Shown here: positions 13,065 through 27,007 of the stretch, one piece after another
Layout of the letters: the number at the start of each line of letters is the position of its first letter
Numbering within the stretch: position 1 is the first letter of the stretch
Assembly: GCA_964016885.1 (NCBI GenBank)
Contig: OZ024740.1
Span: 281,976,001-282,040,000 of the forward strand
Direction: 5' to 3'
Source: Eledone cirrhosa
Lineage: Eukaryota
DNA: 64,000 nucleotides
Translations under genes and position numbers: made by a program
The notes under the pieces: generated by a model
What the model was told of the DNA's origin: nothing
Database searches by the model: none
Seen by the model: the letters and a program-made list of their open reading frames with translations, nothing else

Positions 13065-13304
13065 TAGAATGAGGAATAAAAGATGAAATAGAAGAATAAA
13101 GAGTGAGAAGGAACGGAAGAAAAAACAATTTTGGAGAAAAAGCACGTGTGCGATGAGTCAGCCGTTTTGGGGTGCTGAATTGTTAAGAAATTCGCTTTGT
13201 AGTAATTAAGTCTTAAGTTTGAGCATAACGGGCAAAGGTCTTTATCATAGCCTTAATTAGACACATGCCTTGTTAGTCAAATTGGATAAAAGGAAATTGT
13301 GTGT

Positions 13305-13356
<52 letters not shown>

Positions 13357-13482
13357 AGAAGAGATATTTAATTTGTTGGAAATCCAACAAATATAGACGT
13401 TTATTCAGAGCACTCGACAGATTTTTGGAGTAAGTATTCAATGAAATTAAATAAATGGAAACTATATTTATAAAACCATATT

Positions 13483-13544
13483 TATTCTATTATATATATT
13501 TCAAGGGTACCAAAAATGTTGGTACGTTATCATCAGATAAAATA
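13483..13544 (-). ncRNA. Minimal hammerhead (AT-rich family) with decayed stem II base
   Basis: Homolog of 37989-38049, with shared flanks 13437-13570 versus 37942-38075. Confidence 0.55.
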
Positions 13545-13721
13545 CAAAATGTTTTGTAAATATTTGACATGACCAAAGATAATATACCTTAACTATTCAA
13601 GTTATTCCTGGAAATATATATATACCTCTGTTTCAATATATATCTACATCTAATATATCTTTGACATTTTAAACCTAGTGACACCCATCGCTATCTAGGT
13701 TGTAGCACAGCAAATTTCTTC

Positions 13722-13802
<81 letters not shown>

Positions 13803-13927
13803 AGAATCAACTGCAGTACCGGACTGGTACTTTATTTAGCGACCACGAAAAGATAAAAGGTTGTTCTCGGCGGGATTTTATACACACACACACACATCTG
13901 TATATGTGTGTGTGGGGTGTGTGTGTG

Positions 13928-13980
<53 letters not shown>

Positions 13981-14949
13981 TTTGTTTTTGCTCACTCCAA
14001 GCAAAGCTATAAAGCCACTAAAATTCAAGGGAGTAGTGAGAAGAGAGAAGTACATGAAAGAGAGAACATGATTCAAGAAGAGATAAGAGGGCGATTGATG
14101 TTGCTTTTGAATTTTCGAAAATTATAGTGGTCAGGCAAGCAGGAAACCGGAAGAAAAATAATTCATTGGCGGGAAGAAACTATCAGAATAGAATTTGTGA
14201 TTGCATTTAGGAATTTCAATTGTAACTGTAGGAAACTGAACCACCAACCTGGTGCTCTGTTTAAACTCGTAGGGATGAAGGAACAAAAAGGCAAGCTCAT
14301 CAGAACAATTCCCATGAAAATATTTAAAGAATGGAACGAAATTAACTCAGAGAATGAAGCATACAAAACCGAAACTAAATGAAGAAAATACGGAATAAGT
14401 TATTGAATCAAAAGAAACAAGTGTACTGTAATGCGCTTAAGAATGGAAAAATGGTGGATAGATATAAACAAAATGGTTAAGCAGAGAGCAAGCTTTTTTC
14501 TACGCAAATTCTGTGTCGAGAAAATTAAATAAGATTCAAACGAGAAAAACTAAAATCAGAATATATCTCGTTCTTCAGAAGGTTAGGCGGAAATCAACCT
14601 ACTCTGACTTTTTGTATTAAGATTAAAAAAGAATTTCGACAAATGTGATGCCATGATGCTGGAAGGAACCATTAAATGAACGCCTGGAAAGGCACAAGTA
14701 AAATGATTAGACTAAGTGGAGAAAAATTTTAAAGAGAAAAATCAAAATCAAATAAAATATTAGAATGTAAACCATGTGGTTACGGGAGTATGAAATTAAT
14801 TACGGAAAGATAAAATTCACAATGGCAACTAATATCCGTTCATACATCGACATAGTTAAGGATGGAGAGAAAGCCAATAATTGGTAACTGGGAAAACTCT
14901 ACTACACCAGAAGGAAATTCTTTTGTAAATCGTTTATGAACAGTTCAAT

Positions 14950-16440
14950 AGAAGAATAGTTCAAATTAGAGCAATTAGTCAATTAAGAATGTAAAATTCT
15001 ATAAAATGCAAATCAACAATCTATAGAAGATGGTATAATAACACTACTAGGCGCATCAATTAGATATCATCTTTCTGAGATAGAAGGACAAGGTATGACT
15101 GGAGCATGAAACAAAACGTTTGTTTTAAGGACTGATGGCTTCAAATATATTTAAAAAAAAAAAACCCGAAGAAAACATTAACGTTTTGAAGATTTTGGAA
15201 AATATCGAATCAATTGATCCGAAATAAGGAATTTATCACAACGAAATTTAATTAAGAACATGAAATAACATTATTGGATATGGATTTAAATTTACACCAA
15301 TTCCAAAATCCGACACAACATAACTGGTTAAAGATACTGAGGAATAATTTAGGAAACTTTGATTACAGGAATCTTTCTAAATTAAAGATTACGAAGATTA
15401 CATGTTAAAATCAAAATGAGATTTAAATCATTGATAAAGATAGAGGGATATATATCATGCCTGATATCATCATATCATATCAAATCTTACAAAGCGCAAA
15501 AAGCATTGGAAGATCTATAAAAATAATCTTCTATAGTCATTAAAGAAGCTGACAAAGGGATTGTTATTGTAATAATTGTTTCTACTTTTGGCACAAGGCC
15601 AGCAATTATCCCAGTGTATTACTGGTACTTTATTTCATTGACCCCGTAAGGATGAAAGGCAAAGTTAACCATGGCGGGATTTAAACTTAGATCATAAAGG
15701 GCCGCAACTCTTTGCTGCAAAGCATGGCGTCCGATCTTCTACCGATACTGCCAATAATAGACAAGGACCATTATAAGGAAAAGTTATTAAAAAGGTAAAT
15801 GAATATTTCTACAAAAACTTAGAAGTCAATACAGATAAAGGAACAATGATCAAAACAGACAAGTTTAAAAGCATTTTAAGAGAAATATTTAAATAATTTC
15901 GAAAATTCATAAATTTGAAGGAATTCTTGATAATTTAAAGGACTTTAAGTAAAGATTGCCAAACTGTCAGACATAAAATTACTCGCAATTACCTCGGGAT
16001 TGTCATAGACTAACCAAATATTAAGCATCCAACTGGACATTATACTGAAATCAATATGCAAATTTATTGTTAGTTTCATCCCAGATGATATGAACTTCTT
16101 AATTGCTTTCTAGAAAGAGTATATTTAGCTTAGATGTGTTCAGCTTCGACACAGATATCCCGCATTAAATATGGTTAGAATCATTTGAATTCTAGATAGA
16201 TGAATGTCCACAAATAATTCAAGACACTTTCAAAATAATTCATCCTAGAAGGATTGCAATCAGTGTTAGAAAATAACTGCTTTTTTGAAAATCAATATTA
16301 TTTACAAATAAATGGGCGCAGAAGTCAGAGCTACATTTGGAACACTGCTGATGGTATTTTTAGAAGAAAAATTGATATCCGGTCTAAGATTATTTTTTAT
16401 CAGAATTTTAAGACATATTTAAAAGAAATTGTGGCTTCTG
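14950..16440 (+). mobile_element. Highly decayed Penelope-like RT relic interrupted by a SINE
   Basis: Remnant motifs G.KFTPIP (~15280), VIKEADKG (15536-15559) and LENNCFFENQYYLQING (16254 ORF). Confidence 0.65.
15571..15756 (-). mobile_element. tRNA-derived SINE (family 1)
   Basis: Reverse-complement similarity to 2973-3162. Confidence 0.8.
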
Positions 16441-16828
16441 GGATTGTGTGCGACTAAAACGGAGTTATTCCATTTGTCATCTTCATTGTCAAATCTTATT
16501 TTTAAATCAAGGATTGGGATTTGTTTTGCTTTGGTTATAACGATATTTCAGGTATTTCCGGATATTTCTCGATATTTTATTCCTCTTATTTCTTTCTTTT
16601 AGCTGGATCTATAACTATTGTACATATATATTTTGTATTAAACGAAATATTTCTTCTTGTATGGGATGTATGACAAGATCTAAAATTTAAGTAGTGGTGT
16701 GTAACTGTTTCTTTGCAGCACAGATCAGGTATAATGATATATATATATATAAATATATAAATATATATATATATAAATTAATAAAATAATGAATAAACAA
16801 AGAAACAGTTCCTTATATTAAAAAAAAT

Positions 16829-16970
16829 TCATCATTTTACGATCGTTTCTAGGATATATATATGTTAGAGTTGGTATGCATATTCTATAGATCTATGTAC
16901 AATATTTATACAAACTATCAGAGGGAATATACATACCTACACATATATATGCTGTCTTCAGAAATAATGA
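16829..16970 (-). ncRNA. Hammerhead ribozyme with ~105-nt stem II (3' UTR copy)
   Basis: Reverse complement of 21285-21426; same strand as the ORF. Confidence 0.75.
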
Positions 16971-17628
16971 TATTTGTTTATTGAAAAAAACAAAGATTCA
17001 ATACAATAGGTCTGTTTGGGAACAGGTTTTGAATTGACCAATCAGGAGATAGTGAGGGTCAAGATAGTAATATAGTAGTAGAAGAACCTTAAATTATGGA
17101 TAGAGGAAGGTAGATTTCAATTTTGGATGGAAAAGAATATTATGAATGAAGGATTATTTCAGGGAAGAAATAGGTCTTATGCTGACCTCAGAAATAATTT
17201 TATTTATTCATTGAATAAAACCAACAAAGATCTAATATATTCTGTCTGTTTGGTAAGAGGTTTAGAATTAACCAATAGAAAGTTAATAATTGGCCAAATG
17301 GTAAAATAGTAGTAATTGAAGCTTATTTTAGGGGTGAAAATAGGTCAGGTGGTGAGTAAAAGGTATACAAGCAGTTGCTGTTATAAAATAGTAATGCCAA
17401 TACAAATATCTAAGGTGACCAAAGTTTTAAGATAAGAATGTTAGTGAAAAAAATACATCTATGAAAAGAATATAAATTAATTTAATTGATGGGTATATTT
17501 ATATTGATAAAATTATACTAATACATATAGATATGATAAATAAGAGTTAGATGCAGTTGAAAAGTGCTGTTAAGGATGAGGGGGAATTAAAAGAATATGA
17601 AAATAATATATATATATATATATATATA

Positions 17629-17690
<62 letters not shown>

Positions 17691-17795
17691 CATATACATA
17701 CACATACACACATATATATATATACATATACATACACCCATACATATATATATATATATATACATATATATACACATACACACACACATACACAC

Positions 17796-17861
<66 letters not shown>

Positions 17862-18075
17862 ATGCACATATACATACATACACATATATATACATACACA
17901 TACACACTTATATATACATATAATTATTGGGGGGGGGGATTAAATTTATTAGTGAGAAATAGTAAATATATATAGTTTTCAAGGAACATAGAGTCATAAC
18001 CTGAAGTTAAAGCATTATATATGTTTACTTAATGGTATCAGTTTTAGGAAATGATATTTGTAAGAAGGAAATCAA

Positions 18076-18297
18076 AATTATGTAGTTCATCAGTAGTAGA
18101 ATATTAATTATAGGTTAACTAAATTAAAAATAGTTTATATATTAATTTCTAAAGTGTATATTAATTAGGTTTATAATATTTAAAGCAGAATTATGTAGTT
18201 CATCAGTAATAGAATATTAATTATAGGTTAACTAAATTAAAAATAATTTATATATTAATTTCTAAAGTGTATATTAATTAGGTTTATAATATTTAAA
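18076..18297. repeat. Tandem duplication (2 x ~112 bp) spanning the Penelope stop codon
   Basis: aattatgtagttcatcagta...ggtttataatatttaaa occurs twice in tandem. Confidence 0.85.
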
Positions 18298-20370
18298 TGT
18301 TTTTCTCAGTTTATGATTACACGATATTATTAATTCCTGTCTCTTATTTAATAGGATGTCCTTAGATTTCATTATTTCGAAAAGTTCTTGGGAACATAAT
18401 CTACATTCATTTCTACTATTTTGATAAGGGGTGGCCCTTTTGAGCACACTCCAGGTTAGGTCATATTCTATATTCCTCTTTCTATAACTATTAATTATTT
18501 CAGCTAGAGATGTTGTATTAGCTAGTGCGGCATTTTTAAAACTATGTTTGTGGGTATTAAATCTTACCTTAAAATTGTTAGAGGTAGCTCCTATATATGA
18601 ATAGATTGAGTCCTTAGTGTTAACTTTACATTTATATACTATGTTATTAACAAGGCAATTTCCTTTTAATGGACAGTTTGCCTTGTTTCTACAGTTACAA
18701 CTTTTCGTGAATCCTGTATCTGAGGAGATATTATGGTTAGTTTGATGTACTGGTGGTATACTCATGTTTTTTTTTTACATTTATATGCATTATAGGCACT
18801 TATATTTTGTTTTATGTTTTTGGTTGTTGAGTAGGAGAATTTAACCGTTGATCTATTTAAGATTTGATGGTATTTGTGGTTCGGCGGGAAGTTTTTCTCT
18901 AGGATATTACAGAATTTTTTAGGTATATTATCCTTAATTTGTAAATTAAATGGAGCATTATACCATGTAATTCGTCTATTACGGTTTCGATGTTGTTTAT
19001 TGTTTTTATAGGATGCATCCTGATGTTTATTAAGAGAATTATTGTTAATGACCTCTCCACACACATTTTTAGTTAGATTTATTGATTTAGGTGTTTTAGC
19101 TTGTTTATTAGGAGTTTTATTATTAACATTTATTAGAGTTGTAGGATGAGTAGTTTTTTGAGAGTTACTATACTGTATATTAGAAGAGTTAGAGAAATTT
19201 GGTTTTATGTTGGTGTTTTGGGGTATAGTGTGAGTGGCATTTAGGTGTGTATGTTTCATTTGGTGTGTATGTTTCATTGTATGTTTGTAGTGTTATTGGT
19301 AGAAGGTATATATACTAATCTATTTTTGTGGCCACTTCTAGCTAGAGCTTCGTTATAAAAGGTCGCATTTTTATCAAATACATCTTGGTTAGACGAAAGG
19401 TTAGAAATTCTAAGTGATATATTATATGCAAGGTTTTTAAGGATAGATTTAGGGTGATTAGATTGTGAGTGTATGTAGTGTAAATTTTGGTTGGGTTTAT
19501 GGTAAGGTTGGTAGATACCCGTAGATAAGTCTAATGTTATATCTAGGAAATTAACTACTTTACTTGTGTTTTCAAATGTAATATCTAGACTATAATAGTC
19601 TTTAAGGAAAGTTCTAATAAGTTTTTTCTTTTTTTCTATCTCTGAGAGGCTAAGGTTATTGGAACGAAGAAGACAGTCGTCACGATATAAACCACCTTTA
19701 AGGTGGGGAAAGGAAGCATTTATGTTAAAAAGAAGAAAGATGCCCACAAGATCAGTAATTTGGGCAGAATCGCTTGAGCCCATAGTAATATCGAATAGAT
19801 TACTATATGTGTTTCTGGTTCAGTATTCATTCTGAAATTCCAATAGTGTTAGTCTAGCATGTGTAATAATATTAATGTCATCCAAAGTTAAGTTAGATCT
19901 ATTTTTAGCAAATATCAAGGCTTTGTTCAGGAGTATAGGTGATATAGAAGAATAATAATTATCTATATCAAATTGTAGAAATAAACCAAATGATTTATTT
20001 CTAATATTATTAAACCAGTTAATTACCTGGGATGTGTTTTCCCAGAGTGGTAAATTAACATGTTTTCTTAGTTGTGGGATGACTCTATCTAAATTTTTTT
20101 TACTAATTATTCCAATATCAGATTTGGAAGGGCATATAAGCCTTATAGAAGGATTAGAGTTAAAGTTAGATTTATGATCTTTCGGGTTGAAGTGTGGTCT
20201 TTTCAATGCCAAAGGTTCAGTTCTATCTTCAATATTAAGTCTATTCACTATGCTGTGTGTTTTGTTGTTGATGTTGGTAAGTGACGCATTATTTGTTTTT
20301 CTATAATATTTCCTGAGTTCTTTATATATGAACTCATTGTAATTTTCAATAATTAATTTAATTCACTAAT
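18274..20370 (-). pseudogene. Penelope-like RT plus GIY-YIG endonuclease ORF (frameshifted into 4 pieces)
   Basis: KDHK.NF..NP..RLI.PSKSDIG.ISK, FDI.NYY.SIS, MGS.DSAQI.DLVG, GLYRDD, NFLDITLDL, Y.PY.KPN...YIH..SNHP; endonuclease CNCR..CPL.G.C..IVYKC...YIGAT..FK.R..H..CRLC..E..LNKR.E. Confidence 0.93.
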
Positions 20371-20546
20371 TAATTTAATCCCCCCCAATAATTATATGTT
20401 TATATAAGTGTGTATGTGTGTGTATATATATGTGTATGTATGTGCATGTATGTGTGTATATATATATATATGTATATATATATGTGTGTATGTGTGTGTG
20501 TGTATGTGTATATATATGTATATATATATATATGTATGGGTGTATG

Positions 20547-20589
<43 letters not shown>

Positions 20590-21284
20590 ATGTGTATGTA
20601 TATGTATGTGTATATATATATATATAAGTATATATATATATATATATTATTTTCATATTCTTTTAATTTCCCCTCATCTTTAACAGCACTTTTCAACTGC
20701 ATCTAACTCTTATTTATCATATCTATATGTATTAGTATAATTTTATCAATATAAATATACCCATCAATTAAATTAATTTTATATTCTTTTTATAGATGTA
20801 TTTTTTTCACTAACATTCTTATCTTAAAACTTTGGTCACCTTAGATATTTGTATTGGCATTACTATTTTATAACAGCAACTGCTTGTATACCTTTTACTC
20901 ACCACCTGACCTATTTTCACCCCTAAAATAAGCTTCAATTACTACTATTTTACCATTTGGTCAATTATTAACTTTCTATTGGTTAATTCTAAACCTCTTA
21001 CCAAACAGACAGAATATATTAGATCTTTGTTGGTTTTATTCAATGAACAAATAAAATTATTTCTGAGGTCAGCATAAGACCTATTTCTTCCCTAAAATAA
21101 TCCTTCATTCATAATATTCTTTTCCATCCAAAATTGAAATCTACCTTCCTCTATCCATAATTTAAGGTTCTTCTACTACTATATTACTATCTTGACCCTC
21201 ACTATCTCCTGATTGGTCAATTCAAAACCTGTTCCCAAACAGACCTATTGTATTGAATCTTTGTTTTTTTTCAATAAACAAATA

Positions 21285-21426
21285 TCATTATTTCTGAAGA
21301 CAGCATATATATGTGTAGGTATGTATATTATCTCTGATAGTTTGTATAAATATTGTACATAGATCTATAGAATATGCATACCAACTCTAACACATATATA
21401 TCCTAGAAACGATCGTAAAATGATGA
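21285..21426 (+). ncRNA. Hammerhead ribozyme with ~105-nt stem II (inverted copy)
   Basis: TCATTATTT CTGAAGA [21301-21405 hairpin including ATATATATGTG/CACATATATAT] GAAAC GATC GTA AAATGATGA. Confidence 0.75.
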
Positions 21427-21614
21427 ATTTTTTTTAATATAAGGAACTGTTTCTTTGTTTATTCATTATTTTATTAATTTATCTTGACTCTGTTTTCCGT
21501 TTATTTTTCACCGAAAGTAGTTTTTGAATGCATCTTCTCTTCTCATGATATCCGGATTACATTGAGTTCTTCATACGGATTGGACACTACCGTAAACTTT
21601 TGGTAGATTTATCT

Positions 21615-21721
<107 letters not shown>

Positions 21722-21898
21722 CATATATATATAGTGACGAAACATAAGTCAATTGCATGACTCATAATCCTTTATTTACTGCTATATATATTTCGATGAT
21801 AGCCATTGAGTGGCTATGACCTCATCAGGCAGTTAGTCAGTTCTTCGATATGCCAGCTCTGTGTTTATGGTGTTGATTGTATCAGAGCCTTGGGACAT

Positions 21899-22058
<160 letters not shown>

Positions 22059-22422
22059 CAAGCAAATTATAAACGTAAACATGTAAGTATGTTTTTTGAA
22101 ACGGTGCGTGAGTTTGAAATTAGAAATTAGAAATTATAAGCTTTCACCGATGAAAAGTTAATAAATTAAATAATCAGAGCTATATATCGTAAAACATGTC
22201 TATAGAATCACCAGATAAAATATATACCATTTAGAAGGAATGTGGTTAGTTACTTACGGACTGTGGCTTTTTGCTAGAAAGCGCAACACAATACAGCCAC
22301 TAGCCGTAAGCAACTAACCACATTGCTTCTAACCTGACCGCTGCTACGTCACGATTCTTAGCCATTTTTGAATGTATTCTTGGCGGATCACTTTGGAAAA
22401 TTTATTGTCTAAATTTGAGCTA

Positions 22423-22499
22423 ACTTCCTGAAGAGTCCGGTGCTCTATGTTCCGAAGCTATCGGATATCTTAAAATGCGAACGAAACCATGGTCGAGGT
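22423..22499 (+). ncRNA. Minimal hammerhead with enlarged stem II region
   Basis: ACTTC CTGAAGA [48 nt] GAAAC CATG GTC GAGGT, then AATAAA at 22501. It lies in unit ~22060-22775, which has inverted arms 22182-22232 / 22725-22775. Confidence 0.7.
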
Positions 22500-22774
22500 A
22501 AATAAATGTGTTCACTTTTCTCCTAGTTTATTTTACACCTAATTCTGTTTAATTGACTGTATATCTGGGCGATTACGCTGTCGAAATATTCGATAAATAT
22601 TCCGTCGCAGCCGGCGCGAAGGGCTGGTTTCGGTTATTTGTTGGAGATTTCTTCATAGAAGCCTTATTCTTATAGCTTGGTCTATTCGATTTTTTATATG
22701 GTTAATTATGCTAATTGGGAGAGGAAATGGTATATATTTTATCTGGTGATTCTATAGACATGTTTTACGATATA

Positions 22775-22805
<31 letters not shown>

Positions 22806-23153
22806 CTGAATTTTTTAGCAAGGTTCTTTATCTAAAAAAATTTGTCTAAACAAATTTGTTTAGACAAATCACAGAGGCAATAAACATAAATGAACTCCAA
22901 CCAAAATTAAATAGAAAGCATGAATGGAATAGCAACATCACAACTTACAATTAAGGACAAAATGAAAACACACAGACACATAGAACAAAAAACCAACCAG
23001 TAACATGTAAATAAACAAATAAATAAACAAATATAAACACACACAGACACCCGGATGTAACACATGCGCAAACTAAGCACACAACACACACAAAATCAAG
23101 ATGGCGTAGGACAGAACAAAGGAGAGGCACAAAAACAAAGAAAAGAATCCCCA

Positions 23154-23196
23154 GTCACTGAAGAGGTCACATAATGTGTGACTAAAGAACTTTGAC
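23154..23196 (+). ncRNA. Degenerate minimal hammerhead
   Basis: GTCA CTGAAGA GGTCACA taatg TGTGACT AAAG AACTT TGAC; the GAAA box is damaged. Confidence 0.45.
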
Positions 23197-24064
23197 AATA
23201 TATAAACAATCGTCTGGTTGTGGAACCAACCAACCAACCAACCAACCGGAAATTTATAAATTTAATTTATAATAAATTGAAGTGAAAGCAACTGGTGCGT
23301 GTGTTTCTTATTGGCAACTTGACCCTCCCAAAGTATAACAATTGAGTTCTTAAACACGTTGGATTGATAATGTTTTCAAAAAAACTAATTAACCGGCGTG
23401 TATATTATTTTTTTTCCTCATTTCGTGGGTTGTCTCCTCTTCCCGCTTCGTGTCGCTATGATACTTCCTCAGTCAAAAACTGCTGGAATTTCAAATTTGG
23501 CGGTCATTCGAGGTGAGAGAGAGCAACTTTACGGACATGATTTTTAACAGCGGTAAGAAATTGTTTTCTTATATCAATGTTTAATGGGCTTCCACTGATG
23601 ATTTATAAGTGCCCACCTAAATATATTCTTACATGAATATATATTAGGCTTCTACATAAACTGGAAACATTCTCCCAAACTTGTAGAAAACTTATAATGA
23701 AACAATTGTTTGGAAAGAGAGATATACTTTAACTTTAATTATATCTCATAAAATAATACAACTGGTTTTTCCACATTATACATATTGTTAGCACCCCAAA
23801 CACTTAAATTGGGTTTATATTTTAATATAACCTAATGTTTGTTGAGTGAGATGGTTACCAGTCAGAGTTTCGCTTTAAACTATCTCTGTTATTGTATTAA
23901 TTATATATATTACTCTTTTACTCTTTTACCTGTTCCAGCCATCCGGCTGAGGCCATTTCCCAGAAATATATATATATATATATATTTCGAGAACTAGCCG
24001 TCAAAACGGCTTGAGCTCTGCCGTCGGGGTTAAACATTTTCCTATATATATATATATATATAGA

Positions 24065-24141
<77 letters not shown>

Positions 24142-24142
24142 T

Positions 24143-24180
<38 letters not shown>

Positions 24181-24304
24181 AAATTAAGATAAATCAAATG
24201 AATTTAATCTAAATCAAAATTATGGGTGTCATGCCAGAAAGACATGCACCATATCACCCGCAAAATAAGCTCTAAGATTCTAACGAGTAGGTCCGAGCAT
24301 TTTA

Positions 24305-24780
24305 TAATAACTAGAAATTGATTAACATATAAATAAACATGAATAATCACAGGAGATAATTTTTACAAGTGTGTAACCACACGTAGCTAGGTAGGTAACT
24401 AAATAAAATTGACTAGAACTTCAAAAATAGATACCTTATAATATGATTAATCTTCCCTGCCACGGAAGTGGAGACTTGGATTTTCAATAAGGAAGAAGTT
24501 TCAGCGATCCGTGTTTACACTTCAAGTTCAAATCTGCGACTGGCCAGCAACACGTGCTATATTTACTAGAAATACCGACATCATACAAGCTTCGTCCCAG
24601 TGGCGTGAATAGGGTTATCGACAACTAGAAACAGCAGTCGAGTCCATTCAACAGAGTATCTATTTTTGAAGTTCTGGTCAACTTTATTTAGTTACCTACC
24701 TAGCTATGTGTGGTTACACACTTGTAAAAATTATCTCCTGTGATTATTCATGTTTATTTATATGTTAATCAATTTCTAGT

Positions 24781-24786
<6 letters not shown>
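24305..24786. repeat. Inverted repeat (~130 bp arms) between (TA)n arrays
   Basis: 24305-24434 is the reverse complement of 24656-24786. Confidence 0.9.
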
Positions 24787-24850
<64 letters not shown>

Positions 24851-24898
24851 GACGTAAAATAAGAAAATTATAAAAATTAACTTACTTACTAAAATTTC

Positions 24899-24975
24899 AC
24901 TCCAATTAGTTTCTGAAAGGGAATAAACATGGTTTCCGAATGTAACATAGAGAATACCTTTCGTCATCAGGAAGT
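24899..24975 (-). ncRNA. Degenerate hammerhead with enlarged stem II
   Basis: Reverse complement ACTTC CTGATGA CGAAAGG...CCTTTCA GAAA CTAA TT GGAGT. Confidence 0.5.
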
Positions 24976-25104
24976 CAATTCTCAGCTAAGTTCCCAGGCG
25001 ACGCGTGGACACAGGGAACTTATACAGAAATAATTCAGTGGATGGAAAAAAGCAAGCGAGGACTAAATTCCAAGACATTGAGAAAATCACTGCCTACTTG
25101 GTCG

Positions 25105-25163
<59 letters not shown>

Positions 25164-25197
25164 TATAACATGCACACATACCTGCACTGAAGTACTA

Positions 25198-25320
25198 CCC
25201 ACAATATTATATATAATAATCCGTCATGATCTTGACTGTGATGATGATTAAAGCAAATTAAACTACTACAGGATATATTTTTCTTATATATATATATATA
25301 TATATATAAATGTATATCTA

Positions 25321-25399
<79 letters not shown>

Positions 25400-25403
25400 A
25401 TAG

Positions 25404-25439
<36 letters not shown>

Positions 25440-25513
25440 TCTATAGTAGTTTAGTTTGCTTTAATCATCACCATAGTCAAGCTCGTGATAGATTATTATA
25501 TATAATATTGTGG
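25198..25513. repeat. Inverted repeat (~70 bp arms) enclosing TA/TATC microsatellites
   Basis: 25198-25268 versus 25444-25513. Confidence 0.8.
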
Positions 25514-25795
25514 ACAGGACTTGAATGCAGTTATGTGTGCCTGACAAAATAACATAACAAATAAGATGATAAAAAACTTACCATCAAAAACATCTGCTAT
25601 TTCTTATCAACGTATTTTCATGATTTTTCACTGCTGTTACATTATCGGATATTTAAGCCGTTTGCAATTGAAACCAGATTTAAATGATAAATTTATTCTG
25701 ATGTTTTCAAAATGACATTACCTAATTTCTTTGACCGAACAAGCCTATTTGACGTGTAATTACTATTTTCTTCGGTCGTTAAGACGGAGTATAAG

Positions 25796-26075
25796 GCGGC
25801 AAATTGGCAGAATCGTTAGGACGTTGGATAGAATGCTTTGCGTTATTCGTTTCGGTTCTCTGCTCGCTGAGTTCAAATCCTGCCGAGGTCAACTTTGACT
25901 TACATCCATTCGAGGTCGATTCTTCCTCTATATATTTTCCCTACTTCTATTCTCTCACTCTCTATCCTTCTATGGAAGAAATCTGCTGTATTCAGATCTG
26001 GAGAAGATTGAGCTCCACCGGGTTTTAAAATGCCAAAGAAATGGCGTATGTCAATACAGTGCCCTTACGACACCC
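25796..26075 (+). mobile_element. Family-1 SINE with alternative 3' tail
   Basis: tRNA head (TGGCAGAATCG, GAGTTCAAATCC) and central domain; tail shared with 52879-53190. Confidence 0.75.
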
Positions 26076-26665
26076 TCAGATATTACGTGAACATAATGCA
26101 ATAAGGACATTTACATAAAGGATGTCACTGAGTATTAGCGTCTAATTTATATATTTTTATTTTTCCCCATGTGTTTCTATATAGCTCTTAGTTCCCTTCT
26201 GTTTATATTGTTTATCTGTTGCTCCGATAAAGTATTATATTCTTATTTGTCTCTCTTGAAATATTGTTGAAAAGAAACTGAAATGAAATTTAGAGCTCAC
26301 ACCTATACAGATACTCGTATAGTTGACCGTCTACGAGATTGCAAATCATTGGAGGTTTATCGGTTGATGTAATGGTAGGGACCCCAGTCATACACAGAAA
26401 AGTAATCGAAGCCACGACCTTATAATCAGGAGTTCAATAAGCTTACCATTAAGCCACGTGCTTTCACAATTGAAACAACACTGTCACCCCTTCTTCGATT
26501 GCTCTGTTTTTAGGTAATTTTTAATCAAGCGGCATGATTTTTATCAGTTGCAGTAACATATATTCTTAGGTATGAGCTATAGGTTTCTGAATATTTGGTT
26601 GTATATAATCTTGATGGTGGGTTGTTTGTTTTATTATCAGTAAAATTATAAAGGGTGGTGGATTA

Positions 26666-26878
26666 TGGATTGGCAGTATGATAGAACGTCGAACAACATG
26701 CTTTACGGAATAGAGTTGCGGCCCTTTGCGTTCTGAGTTCAAATTCTGCCGAGGTTAGCTTTGCTTTTCATCCTTACGGAGTCGCTAAGATAAAACACCA
26801 GTATTGCACTGGGGTCAATTTAATAGACTTTTCTCTCCCCCCAAGAATTGTTGGTTTGTACTTAAATCAGAAGCCATT
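26666..26878 (+). mobile_element. tRNA-derived SINE (family 1)
   Basis: Similar to 2973-3162 and 27782-28040. Confidence 0.8.
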
Positions 26879-27007
26879 TGTATAAGATTATATACACATA
26901 CGCACCATACACAAACACACATACATCCCTACATGCTCTATTCAATATAAAATTAGTTACATGCTCTCTTCAAAAAAAGTTAGTAATGTTTTTATATTAT
27001 ATTATAA

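Larger units (their letters stand above)
16773..21610 (-). mobile_element. Penelope-like element, 5'-truncated, with an inverted copy of its 3' pseudo-LTR
   Basis: 16773-17946 is the reverse complement of 20372-21482. The RT and GIY-YIG ORF lies between the arms, and (TA)n/(CA)n flank the element. Confidence 0.92.
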
